A stretch of DNA of 64,000 bases from positions 261,746-325,745 of the forward strand of contig CACHCK010000001.1 of assembly GCA_902578305.1 (NCBI GenBank), in the 5' to 3' direction. Positions 1 through 10,420 of this stretch are shown here, piece after piece. Both the position numbers and the translations under genes were made by a program. Positions within the stretch are counted from its first letter, which is position 1. Each line of letters opens with the position of its first letter. The notes below the pieces were generated by a model. That model ran no database searches, had not been told where the DNA came from, and was given only the letters and a program-made list of their open reading frames with translations. This stretch comes from an uncultured Pelagibacteraceae bacterium. GTDB lineage: Bacteria; Pseudomonadota; Alphaproteobacteria; Pelagibacterales; AG-422-B15.

Positions 1-1
1 A

Positions 2-1237
<1,236 letters not shown>

Positions 1238-1244
1238 ACGTTTA

Positions 1245-1643
1245 ATGAAAATACTATTGGTAACAGTCATTTTTCTTTTTCCAACCAATATATCTGCCTC
1301 AAATAGTTTTTATGCATCAGCGTTAAATGGTTTTAACGAAGAAAATTTTGAAAAAGCGATTATGTATTTGGAAAAAGATATTGTTTTTAACCCCAAATCA
1401 TCTGAGTCTTACATTTTATTAGGCAAATCATATGAAGGATTAGAAGATCAGGATAATGCTCTTAAATATTATGAAATTGCCTTTACGCTTATCCCACATA
1501 ATCTTGAGCTTAATTATTTAATAGGGAAAGTATCTTATGAGTTGGGACTAATTGAGCAATACGCTGAGCAAATATCTAATCTTGAAATATTATGTGAAAC
1601 TTCATGCGAAGAAATTGTCAAATTAAAAGATTTGGCGGAATAA
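1245..1643 (+). CDS. Exported TPR-repeat protein
   Basis: Signal-peptide-like N-terminus MKILLVTVIFLF, TPR-like helices (YILLGKSY, ALKYYEIA), C-terminal CxxxC. ATG 1245 preferred over 1182, which lies inside guaB. Confidence 0.7.
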   Translation: MKILLVTVIFLFPTNISASNSFYASALNGFNEENFEKAIMYLEKDIVFNPKSSESYILLGKSYEGLEDQDNALKYYEIAFTLIPHNLELNYLIGKVSYELGLIEQYAEQISNLEILCETSCEEIVKLKDLAE

Positions 1644-1646
1644 ATA

Positions 1647-3185
1647 ATGATATTTATTGTTGATTTTGGATCTCAAGTAACACAGTTAATAGCAAGAAGA
1701 GTAAGAGAAGCCGGAGTCTATTGTGAAATTGTGTCAAGCAAATCAATTTATAAGCAAATACTTAATAGAGGATGTTCAGGAATAGTTTTCTCTGGGGGTC
1801 CAGCAAGCGTTCATAAGTCAAATACTCCAAAAATTGATAAAAGAATATTTAATCTAAATATTCCAATATTGGGAATTTGCTATGGTATGCAATTACTATG
1901 TTATCAACTTGGTGGGAAGGTTAAAATTTCAAAAAAAAGAGAATTTGGTAAAACTCTTATAAAGCCTTCAAAAAAAAGTGTTTTATTCTCAGGATTTAGA
2001 AAAGGAATGAGCTCGAATTATGTTTGGATGAGCCACGGTGACAAGGTTATTAGTCTACCAAGAGATTTTAAAAGCATTGCATCAAGTTCAAATACTAAGT
2101 TTGCAGCAGTTGAGAATAAAAAAAAATCTTATTATGGTTTGCAATTTCATCCTGAAGTTGTCCACACACCCAATGGTTATAAGATAATCGAAAATTTTAT
2201 ATTTAAAATTTGTAAAATAAAAAGAAACTGGAGCATGAAAAATCATTTAAGAAATCAGATTGCCGAAATTAAACATTCAGTACATAAGGATCAGGTAATT
2301 TGTGGATTGTCGGGTGGAGTGGATAGTACTGTCACTGCAGCTATAATTTCAAAAGCCATAAATAAGCAATTAACATGCATTTATGTTGATACAGGTTTAA
2401 TGAGATTAAATGAAACAAAAGAGGTAGTAAAAATGTTTAAAAAACATTTTAAATCTCGATTAATAGTAAAAGATTCAAGAAAGACATTTATAAAAGCCCT
2501 AAAGGGAGTCACAGATCCAGAAAAAAAGAGAAAAATAATAGGTAATCTTTTTATTAAAATATTTAATCAAGAGTCAAACAAAATAAAACGTGCTAAATAT
2601 TTAGCTCAAGGAACTATTTATCCTGATGTAATCGAAAGTCAGAGCTTTCATGGTGGTCCGACATCAGTCATTAAATCTCATCATAATGTTGGTGGGTTAC
2701 CAAAAAGAATGAAACTTAAACTTATTGAGCCTTTAAGAGAGCTTTTTAAGGATGAAGTTAGAAAATTAGGGCTGGAGATGAGACTTCCAAAAAAATTCAT
2801 TAACAGACATCCGTTTCCAGGCCCCGGCTTGGGAATAAGAATACTTGGTGAGGTAACTGCAGATAGAGTAAGAATTTTACAAGAGGCTGATAATATATAT
2901 ATAGAAGAAATTAGAGAAGCGGGCCTATATGATAAAATATGGCAGGCATTTGCAGTTCTGATGCCCGTTAAAACTGTTGGTGTTATGGGCGATCATAGAT
3001 CATACGAGCAAGTTTGTGGATTAAGAGCTGTTACATCTGTTGATGGAATGACGGCAGATTTTTATCCTTTCAAAGGCGAATTTTTGAGTAAAGTATCAAC
3101 AAGAATAATAAATGAGGTTAAGGGTATAAATAGAGTTGTATACGATACAACTTCAAAACCACCAGGAACTATTGAGTGGGAGTAA
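1647..3185 (+). CDS. guaA: GMP synthase (glutamine-hydrolysing)
   Basis: DFGSQVTQLIARR, GICYGMQ, QFHPEV, SGGVDS, IKSHHNVGGLP, RHPFPGPGL, KPPGTIEWE end. Confidence 0.98.
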   Translation: MIFIVDFGSQVTQLIARRVREAGVYCEIVSSKSIYKQILNRGCSGIVFSGGPASVHKSNTPKIDKRIFNLNIPILGICYGMQLLCYQLGGKVKISKKREFGKTLIKPSKKSVLFSGFRKGMSSNYVWMSHGDKVISLPRDFKSIASSSNTKFAAVENKKKSYYGLQFHPEVVHTPNGYKIIENFIFKICKIKRNWSMKNHLRNQIAEIKHSVHKDQVICGLSGGVDSTVTAAIISKAINKQLTCIYVDTGLMRLNETKEVVKMFKKHFKSRLIVKDSRKTFIKALKGVTDPEKKRKIIGNLFIKIFNQESNKIKRAKYLAQGTIYPDVIESQSFHGGPTSVIKSHHNVGGLPKRMKLKLIEPLRELFKDEVRKLGLEMRLPKKFINRHPFPGPGLGIRILGEVTADRVRILQEADNIYIEEIREAGLYDKIWQAFAVLMPVKTVGVMGDHRSYEQVCGLRAVTSVDGMTADFYPFKGEFLSKVSTRIINEVKGINRVVYDTTSKPPGTIEWE

Positions 3186-3188
3186 TTT

Positions 3189-4343
3189 ATGAAGGTCCTA
3201 GCACTAGGTGGAAGTGGCGGTATGGGAAGATATGCAGTTCAATACTTGTACAACATAAAACAGATTGAAAAGATTTATGTAGCAGACGTTAATTCTTTGT
3301 CGGCAAAAAAGTTTGCTTCACATTTTGACAATAGAGTTGAAGGTTTAAAATTAGATATTAGAGACTTTGAAACACTGAAATCGGAAATGTCAAAGGTTGA
3401 TATTGTAGTCAATACGACCGGTCCATTCTTTTTATTTGCAGAACCCATACTTAAAGCTGCAATTCAAACTAATACACACTACTTTGATATCTGCGACGAT
3501 TGGGAGCCAACTGAAAAGATGCTTCAAATGAATGAAGATGCAAAAAAAGCAAATATCACAGCTATTATAGGTCTTGGAGCAAGTCCAGGACTAACAAATA
3601 TACTGGCTCATATAGCAATATCTGAGCTCGATGAAGTTAGAAAAGTTTATACAGGCTGGGATATGTCCGCTGCAAAACTAGAAAGTGAGTCATCTCAATC
3701 TGGAGTTAATGCTGCAATGGTGCATGGTATAGAGCAAATGATTGGAGAGATTAAAATTTTTAAAAATGGAAATTTTGAAATGGTAAAACCTCTTGAAGAA
3801 ATCAAGGTTGATTATCCTGATATTGGGAAAAGAAGCACATATATTTTTGGACACCCTGAGGCCATAACATTTCCTAATAACTACCAATATATTAAAGAGT
3901 CTTATAATTTAATGCATGGCATTGATAGTAGTTTTATAGCAATTTTAAAAATTATTAGATTTTTAATAAATATAAAATTTATTACCAAAAATTTTGCTGC
4001 AAAAATTTTGACTTGGCTTGATAGTCTAAATGGTTCAGATGTGGTAGATTATAAAAAAGAAAATCTTCCTAGCATTTATGGTTATGCAGAAGGCCTAAAA
4101 GGAAATAAGTTCACATCAATTGGAGTTACAATTGATGGCGATATTAATAATTTTTCTATGGGTGAAGCAACCTCCTTACCTCTGACAGCAGGTGTCCAAA
4201 TGTTTATTGATGGTAAAATTAAAAAAAATGGAGTTCATACTCCAGAGTCACCAATTATCGACCCAAAAATTTTTTTTGATTACTTTAAAAAAGGAGCGGG
4301 TGATAACTTTGTATTAAATACTATAATTACTAGAAGATCATAA
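3189..4343 (+). CDS. Saccharopine dehydrogenase-like NAD(P)-binding oxidoreductase
   Basis: Rossmann GGSGGMG, VNTTGPF, HYFDICDD, GLGASPG. Substrate unknown. Confidence 0.8.
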   Translation: MKVLALGGSGGMGRYAVQYLYNIKQIEKIYVADVNSLSAKKFASHFDNRVEGLKLDIRDFETLKSEMSKVDIVVNTTGPFFLFAEPILKAAIQTNTHYFDICDDWEPTEKMLQMNEDAKKANITAIIGLGASPGLTNILAHIAISELDEVRKVYTGWDMSAAKLESESSQSGVNAAMVHGIEQMIGEIKIFKNGNFEMVKPLEEIKVDYPDIGKRSTYIFGHPEAITFPNNYQYIKESYNLMHGIDSSFIAILKIIRFLINIKFITKNFAAKILTWLDSLNGSDVVDYKKENLPSIYGYAEGLKGNKFTSIGVTIDGDINNFSMGEATSLPLTAGVQMFIDGKIKKNGVHTPESPIIDPKIFFDYFKKGAGDNFVLNTIITRRS

Positions 4344-4472
4344 TCAATTTGTATGCTAAAGATCTACCTACTTTTATAAATTAAGATAATAATTTGCCTT
4401 TTAAGGCAGACACTAAAATGATAGGAGTAATTGAGCCAAGGTAATGGCTTTATAAAATTAATTAATTAATTA

Positions 4473-4991
4473 ATGAATAATTTTTTTCAAAAAATATTAA
4501 ATTTTTTCAAGACAATATTTAACTTTAATTTAACCGATTTCAGTTGGATTAAGACATCTAAATTTATTGAATTAGACCATATTGACGTGACTGAAGATCC
4601 TATAAGACCTGAACTTGATGTAAAATGGAGAACCTCACATGATAGAAAAATTTATGGTCTAGAATACAATAATCAAATAGAAGGCATTATGTGTTTGGCG
4701 TTTACTAAAGACGTTCCTCATTCAGTAAGAGAATTAGATTTGATGAGTCGCTTGGCAGTTTATGAGCAAAATGCGGATACAATTATTGCTTACACAGTAT
4801 GGTCTCGTAAAAAAGGGGCGGGACGCAAAATCATGGAAGAGGCTTTAAAATTTGGCAAAGAAATGGGATACAAAAGAATAGTCACACTTTCACCTCTAAC
4901 TCCTATGGCAACACACTATCATATAAGAAATGGCGCTAAATTATTGGGTCACAACCCAACAACTCAAAATTTTGAATATAAGATTCAATAA
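4473..4991 (+). CDS. Hypothetical protein, GNAT-like acetyltransferase fold
   Basis: AYTVWSRKKGAGRKIMEEALKF resembles GNAT motif A (R/Q-x-x-G-x-G/A), followed by a beta-strand (RIVTLS) and HIRNGA (typical FY..NGF-like motif B). Confidence 0.55.
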   Translation: MNNFFQKILNFFKTIFNFNLTDFSWIKTSKFIELDHIDVTEDPIRPELDVKWRTSHDRKIYGLEYNNQIEGIMCLAFTKDVPHSVRELDLMSRLAVYEQNADTIIAYTVWSRKKGAGRKIMEEALKFGKEMGYKRIVTLSPLTPMATHYHIRNGAKLLGHNPTTQNFEYKIQ

Positions 4992-5038
4992 ATTTGCATA
5001 GTATGGAAAGCTTAATTATTTAGACTATATTCTTATAA

Positions 5039-6469
5039 ATGCCTAAAAAAGATATTAACATCTTCTGGTTCAGACAAGATTTGCGTCTATCAGATAATCC
5101 AGGATTATATAATTCGATCAAAAATGGTACGACATTGCCAATTTTTATATTTGATGATGAAAACTCGAAAGAACATATTAATGGCTCTGCAAGTAAGTGG
5201 TGGCTTCACCAATCATTAATTGCTCTAAAAAAATCATTAGATAATAATTTAAGTCTGTATAAAGGCGATCCAAAGAAAATCCTTATTAAACTTACTGAAA
5301 CTTATAATGTTAGAGAGATATTCTGGAATAGATGTTATGAGCCGTGGCGAATAAAAAGAGATAAACAAATCAAAAGTTTTTTTGAAGATAAGAAAATAAG
5401 TGTAAGCACATATAATGGATCTCTTCTTTGGGAACCTTGGAATGTGGTCAAAAATGATGGTACTCCATATAAGGTGTTTACTCCTTACTACAGAAAAGGT
5501 TGTTTGAACTCTGAAATGCCAAGAACACCAATACAAAAACCTAAGTTAGACCATCTAACGTTGGATAAGATAAACAGCATTAATATAGATGATCTAGAAC
5601 TAATGCCAGAAAATAACTGGTATGGTGAGATGGAAAAAATTTGGATTCCAGGAGAGAGAGGTGCTCATAATAAAATTGATATCTTTATAAAGGAAGGCCT
5701 TGCTAATTATAAAGATGGTAGAAATTTTCCATCTGGAAACAATGTTTCACAACTGTCACCTCATTTGCACTTTGGGGAGGTATCACCCAACCAAGTTTGG
5801 TATCGATCAAAAACTCAAGAAGGCAAAAAAGAAATAAAAAGAGATTTGGATCATTTTTTAAGTGAACTGGGATGGAGAGAGTTTTCTTTCAATCTTTTGT
5901 ACCATTTCCCAACTTTACCAAAAGAAAATCTCCAAAAGAAGTTTGATAAATTTCCTTGGGACAAGAATAAAGATGCATTAAAGAAATGGCAAAAAGGACT
6001 AACAGGGTATCCAATAGTAGACGCTGGCATGAGGGAACTGTGGCAGACTGGATATATGCATAATCGTTTGAGAATGGTTGTAGGTTCATTTTTAGTAAAA
6101 AACTTATTATTGCATTGGCATCATGGTGAAAGATGGTTCTGGGATTGTTTAGTTGACGCTGATCTTGCTAATAACAGTGCGGGATGGCAATGGATTGCAG
6201 GCTCAGGAGCCGATGCTGCTCCGTATTTTAGAATATTTAATCCAGTTATGCAGGGGCAGAAATTTGATCCAGATGGTAAATACACAAAAAAATATATTCC
6301 TGAACTTAAAGATGTACCAAGCAAATATCTATTTAATCCTTGGGAGGCACCTAAAGAAGTTTTAGAGTCAGCGAATGTTAAACTTGGTAAAGATTATCCA
6401 ATGCCAATTGTCGAGATTGGTACGTCCAGACAAAAAGCATTAGAGGCTTTCGCTACTACTAAAAGTTAA
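5039..6469 (+). CDS. phrB: Deoxyribodipyrimidine (CPD) photolyase
   Basis: WFRQDLRLSDNP, SQLSPHLHFG, ELGWREF, TGYPIVDAGMREL, HNRLRM, WQWIAGSGADAAPYFRIFNP. Confidence 0.93.
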   Translation: MPKKDINIFWFRQDLRLSDNPGLYNSIKNGTTLPIFIFDDENSKEHINGSASKWWLHQSLIALKKSLDNNLSLYKGDPKKILIKLTETYNVREIFWNRCYEPWRIKRDKQIKSFFEDKKISVSTYNGSLLWEPWNVVKNDGTPYKVFTPYYRKGCLNSEMPRTPIQKPKLDHLTLDKINSINIDDLELMPENNWYGEMEKIWIPGERGAHNKIDIFIKEGLANYKDGRNFPSGNNVSQLSPHLHFGEVSPNQVWYRSKTQEGKKEIKRDLDHFLSELGWREFSFNLLYHFPTLPKENLQKKFDKFPWDKNKDALKKWQKGLTGYPIVDAGMRELWQTGYMHNRLRMVVGSFLVKNLLLHWHHGERWFWDCLVDADLANNSAGWQWIAGSGADAAPYFRIFNPVMQGQKFDPDGKYTKKYIPELKDVPSKYLFNPWEAPKEVLESANVKLGKDYPMPIVEIGTSRQKALEAFATTKS

Positions 6470-6498
6470 TTAATAATTTATTTTTTTATAAATGGATT

Positions 6499-6538
6499 TT
6501 AGCAAAGTTTTTGCCACAATAATATAATAATGTATAGT
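6499..6538 (+). promoter_or_regulatory. Probable sigma70 promoter for the 6547/7083 gene pair
   Basis: TTGCCA (6511-6516)-16 nt-TATAGT (6533-6538) with TG extension; alternative perfect TATAAT at 6523-6528. AT-rich background lowers confidence. Confidence 0.35.
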
Positions 6539-6546
6539 CTGTATCT

Positions 6547-7065
6547 ATGAGTACTGAAACAGTAATAATTATTGTGCAAATGGTTGCAGCATTTGGTGTG
6601 GTTGTTTCTGTTATTTATTTAGGAATTCAAATACATCAGCAAAATGAAATCACAAAAGCACAATTTGGACATTCTTTAACGCATAGAATGTATGAAAGGT
6701 ATTTTAATACTTCAAAAGATAAAGAATTTAGTAATTTTCTTTCAAAAGATTGGGCAGCAGGCGAACTAGACAATGCAGATAAATGGAGAGTGGCAGTATA
6801 TGTAAATGCTTTACTAGTAGATATTTTTGATACCTATGAAAAAGTTGAAAAAGGTTTTGTTGATGAGACACATTTAAAAATGAGAATACATATGTTGAAA
6901 TTGGGTACTATGAAGGCTCCCATTGCGCAGTCCACCTGGAAATATTGGAAGGGGATTAAATCAAAAGAATTTGTCGAATGGTTTGAAACAGAAATTTACG
7001 GTGATCGAGCAACTTTTAAAGAAGGTTACCAAGAGGAAATAATACCAAACGTTAGAAGGGATTAA
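6547..7065 (+). CDS. Hypothetical membrane-anchored helical protein
   Basis: N-terminal TM helix (VIIIVQMVAAFGVVVSVIYLGI) followed by QIHQQN and a helical soluble domain. No catalytic motif recognised. Confidence 0.65.
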   Translation: MSTETVIIIVQMVAAFGVVVSVIYLGIQIHQQNEITKAQFGHSLTHRMYERYFNTSKDKEFSNFLSKDWAAGELDNADKWRVAVYVNALLVDIFDTYEKVEKGFVDETHLKMRIHMLKLGTMKAPIAQSTWKYWKGIKSKEFVEWFETEIYGDRATFKEGYQEEIIPNVRRD

Positions 7066-7082
7066 ATTAAAGGAGCTATTTA

Positions 7083-7604
7083 ATGAGAAGAATTGTTACA
7101 GGTCATAATGAGGACGGAAAATCAGTAGTTAAAATTGACGGTCCACCCGCACGTTCTATCGGCGAAGAAATTGGAGGCTTATTCGAGATATGGAATGAAG
7201 ACGGCAATACTATTGATACTAAAAGCAGCGAAGACAGAGCTGATAGTGATATAATTTTGTCTCCACCTGAAGGAGGTTCTAAATTTAGATATTTTCAAAT
7301 AATGCCTACTCCCAAAGGAGTTCCGCTTGATGTTTTAAATAAAATGGCTGAGGATGCATTCAGTCGCATTGGGGCAGCTCATCACCGAGTTGATGTAAAA
7401 AAACATCCAGCAATGCATAAAACAAAAACCATCGACTATATAGTGTTACTACAAGGAGATGTGACATTAATTTTAGATGAAGAGGAATTAAAAATTAAAC
7501 CTTTTGATGTTGTAGTTCAAAGAGGTACTAATCATGCTTGGATCAACAATGGCTCTGAACCAGCACTTTTAATAGCGGTTTTAATAGACAATGAATTAAT
7601 ATAA
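7083..7604 (+). CDS. Cupin-domain protein
   Basis: MRRIVTGH start, MHKTKTIDY and DVVVQRGTNHAW cupin metal motifs; SD AAGGAG upstream. Confidence 0.85.
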   Translation: MRRIVTGHNEDGKSVVKIDGPPARSIGEEIGGLFEIWNEDGNTIDTKSSEDRADSDIILSPPEGGSKFRYFQIMPTPKGVPLDVLNKMAEDAFSRIGAAHHRVDVKKHPAMHKTKTIDYIVLLQGDVTLILDEEELKIKPFDVVVQRGTNHAWINNGSEPALLIAVLIDNELI

Positions 7605-7663
7605 TAGAGGAAAAATTCGCTTTCACTGGAATTTTATAAGTTTATCTATTATAAACTCTCACC

Positions 7664-8485
7664 ATGAAAAGAGTATCTGCTAGTGACATAAAAAATAAAA
7701 AAGGAAAAGAGCCAATTGTTTGCTTAACTGCCTATACTGCACCAATTGCAAGAGCAATTGATGGTGGAGTTGATCTGATGCTAGTTGGAGACTCACTTGG
7801 TATGGTTCTTTATGATTATGAAAACACTCTTCAAGTAACACTTAATCAAATGATTGAACATGGGAAATCTGTAGTCAACGCATCCAGTAAATCATGTGTC
7901 ATTGTTGATATGCCATTTGGTACATATGAAGAGTCTCCAGATAGAGCATTTAAAAATGCAGCAAGGGTGATGAAAGAAACAAATTGTAACGGTATTAAAC
8001 TTGAAGGAGGCCGGTTGATGGAGAGGACAATAAGCCATCTCGCAAACAGTTCAATTCCTGTTATGGGGCACATTGGGCTACAGCCTCAAAGTGTATTAAT
8101 TGATGGAGGTTATAAAGTGAGAGGAAAAGATAAATCAGAATGGCAAAAATATATTGATGATGCAATTGCAGTAGAAAATGCAGGAGCATTTTCCATAGTG
8201 CTAGAAGGTATGACAGAGCCTCTAGCAACTGAAATATCTCAGAAATTGAAAATACCTACCATAGGAATAGGGGCTTCACCAAAATGTGATGGGCAAATAC
8301 TTGTAACAGAAGACATGCTGGGATTAACAAACGTTGCACCAAAGTTTGTGAAAAAATATAAAGAACTTGATAAGAGTATTAATGAAGCCGTAAATCAGTA
8401 TGCAATACAAGTTAAAAATAGGACATTTCCATCGTCTGAGCACGTTTATCACATGCGACCAAAATTAGTAAATAATAATAAATAA
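7664..8485 (+). CDS. panB: 3-methyl-2-oxobutanoate hydroxymethyltransferase
   Basis: LTAY, LVGDSLGMV, DMPFGTY, KLEGG, GHIGLQPQ, IGIGA, DGQILV. Confidence 0.97.
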   Translation: MKRVSASDIKNKKGKEPIVCLTAYTAPIARAIDGGVDLMLVGDSLGMVLYDYENTLQVTLNQMIEHGKSVVNASSKSCVIVDMPFGTYEESPDRAFKNAARVMKETNCNGIKLEGGRLMERTISHLANSSIPVMGHIGLQPQSVLIDGGYKVRGKDKSEWQKYIDDAIAVENAGAFSIVLEGMTEPLATEISQKLKIPTIGIGASPKCDGQILVTEDMLGLTNVAPKFVKKYKELDKSINEAVNQYAIQVKNRTFPSSEHVYHMRPKLVNNNK

Positions 8486-9117
8486 TGAGCGACATTTTAA
8501 GACAAGTTGATGAAGATTTACGTAAGGAGAAAATCCACCAACTATGGAAAAAATATCGCTTTTATGCAATATCCTTTTTTTTTATTGTTTTAATTGCAGT
8601 TATAGGATTTCAATTTTGGGTATCGTTAGATAAATCTAAAAATGAAAAAATTGTAAATAAATACATAAATGCAACAAACGAAAATGATCTTAATGAAGGA
8701 CTCGCGCAATTAGAGGAAATAATTGACTCAGATAATATATATTTATCAGGATTAGCTGAACTTAAAATTGCTAATTTAAATGTAAGTAATGGAAATAAAT
8801 TAGAAGGTTCCATAAGATTAGAGAAGATTATTAAAAATAATAAATATGAACCATTGATAAAGGATCTTGCAAGATATTTTTTATTAATGTTAAACGTTGA
8901 TAGCTATAGTGATGATGAGTTTGACAATTATCTTAAAAATACAAAAATTCAAAACAGTAACCTTCAATATATGTTTAATGAATTAATTCTCATACGAAAG
9001 TTATTATCTGGAAACAAAGAGGAAAGCATAAAAGGCTTTCAAGAATTAATTGACATACCAAATGTACCGAATGATATTAAAATAAGAGCAAAAAAATTTA
9101 TTGAAGTAGCCAATTAA
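8485..9117 (+). CDS. YfgM-like TPR membrane protein (ancillary SecYEG subunit family)
   Basis: MSDILRQVDEDLRKEK...LW motif plus a single TM helix; conserved position before bamB-der. Confidence 0.8.
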   Translation: MSDILRQVDEDLRKEKIHQLWKKYRFYAISFFFIVLIAVIGFQFWVSLDKSKNEKIVNKYINATNENDLNEGLAQLEEIIDSDNIYLSGLAELKIANLNVSNGNKLEGSIRLEKIIKNNKYEPLIKDLARYFLLMLNVDSYSDDEFDNYLKNTKIQNSNLQYMFNELILIRKLLSGNKEESIKGFQELIDIPNVPNDIKIRAKKFIEVAN

Positions 9118-9118
9118 T

Positions 9119-10420
9119 ATGTTGGAAAAATTATTTGTTATATTATCAATTTTAAGCCTGACTCTTTTATCATGCTCGAAAAATGAAATTGTTGAGAATG
9201 ATAGTGTAGGTTTTCCAGTTTTAAGCTACAATTCTGAAATTTCAGAGACTTTAACTCTTAACCCAGAAAATATTCAAATTGATGACCCAAAAGAATATTT
9301 TTTTTGGTCGCAGCATTTTTTAAATCCAACAAATGATATTAATAATATTTATACTAATGCGACATTTGAAAATAAAATAAAAATAATTTCAGGAAAAAAA
9401 GGACCAGTAAATATTATTCAGCCAGTTTTCTTTAATAGCACCCTATGCTCTTTGATAAATGATGGGTTCATAAATTGTACAGATACTGTAAGTGAGGATA
9501 TTTTATTTAAAATAGATATTAAACCTGAAGGCATTAAGAAATATGAAGTTATAAGAGGTGGATTAGCATATTTTGATGGTAAATTAATTTTTGTTGATGC
9601 ATACGGTCAAATAAAATTATTCAATGCTACAAACGGTAGTGAAATATGGTCTTCTAATATAGATTATCCAATTTTATCTCCACCACTAATTTATAGGGGA
9701 TATATTTATTTTATATCGGCAGATAATAGAATTTTTTCTATTGATTTAATTGATGGATCAATAGATTGGACATTTCAGACAATTTCTGAGGTAAAAAAGA
9801 ATCTTTTCACGTCTTCGCCTGTTGCTTACGAAAATACGATTGTTGCCCCATTCAGTAATGGTGAATTAGTAGCTTTTATTTACGATAGTGGTCAGCCATT
9901 ATGGTCCGAAAATGTCTCCAAGATTTCATTGGTTAGCAACTTTGATATAAAAGACATATCTGCTAGCCCTGTGATTTCAAATAACACCATATATTCATTA
10001 AGCTCTAATGGAAGGCTAGTTTCAATTAATGCTATTAATGGACAGAGAAATTGGGCAATTGACCTATCAGGCTACAGAACCCCTCTTGTTACAGGTAACC
10101 AAATTTATGTTATTAATGAAGATGGAAAACTAATTTGTATAGACAGAAATAGTTCAGAAGTTTATTGGATAACTGATCTTCAGAAATATAGAAAAGGACA
10201 AAAAGTTGAAAATCTAAATCTTTGGCTTGGTCCTTTTTTAATCAATAATGTGATCTATGGCATATCTTATTTTGGAGAAATTAAAGCTATATCACCGATG
10301 ACAGGTGAGATTCTATCATCTAAATCAACAGGGCTTAATGGAGTTTTGGTGCCTCCTCTTATTTTGAATGACTCTATTTATCTGACTGATATAAATTCAA
10401 ATGTCTTTAAATTCAAATAA
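9119..10420 (+). CDS. bamB: BamB-like PQQ beta-propeller outer-membrane lipoprotein
   Basis: Lipobox LLSC, repeated PQQ blades (G..IW, G...W), position between yfgM and der. Confidence 0.85.
   Translation: MLEKLFVILSILSLTLLSCSKNEIVENDSVGFPVLSYNSEISETLTLNPENIQIDDPKEYFFWSQHFLNPTNDINNIYTNATFENKIKIISGKKGPVNIIQPVFFNSTLCSLINDGFINCTDTVSEDILFKIDIKPEGIKKYEVIRGGLAYFDGKLIFVDAYGQIKLFNATNGSEIWSSNIDYPILSPPLIYRGYIYFISADNRIFSIDLIDGSIDWTFQTISEVKKNLFTSSPVAYENTIVAPFSNGELVAFIYDSGQPLWSENVSKISLVSNFDIKDISASPVISNNTIYSLSSNGRLVSINAINGQRNWAIDLSGYRTPLVTGNQIYVINEDGKLICIDRNSSEVYWITDLQKYRKGQKVENLNLWLGPFLINNVIYGISYFGEIKAISPMTGEILSSKSTGLNGVLVPPLILNDSIYLTDINSNVFKFK

Noticed and set aside
3179-4432. GGAGTAATT at both the guaA 3' end (3179-3187) and 4424-4432 as a possible att duplication
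   Set aside because: Only 9 bp, AT-rich and SD-like, with no integrase nearby; compatible with chance.
5021-7664. Widespread leaderless transcription (-10-like hexamers 7-8 nt before the ATGs of phrB, 6547 and panB)
   Set aside because: TA-rich hexamers are everywhere at this composition and the -35 matches are poor; needs TSS data.
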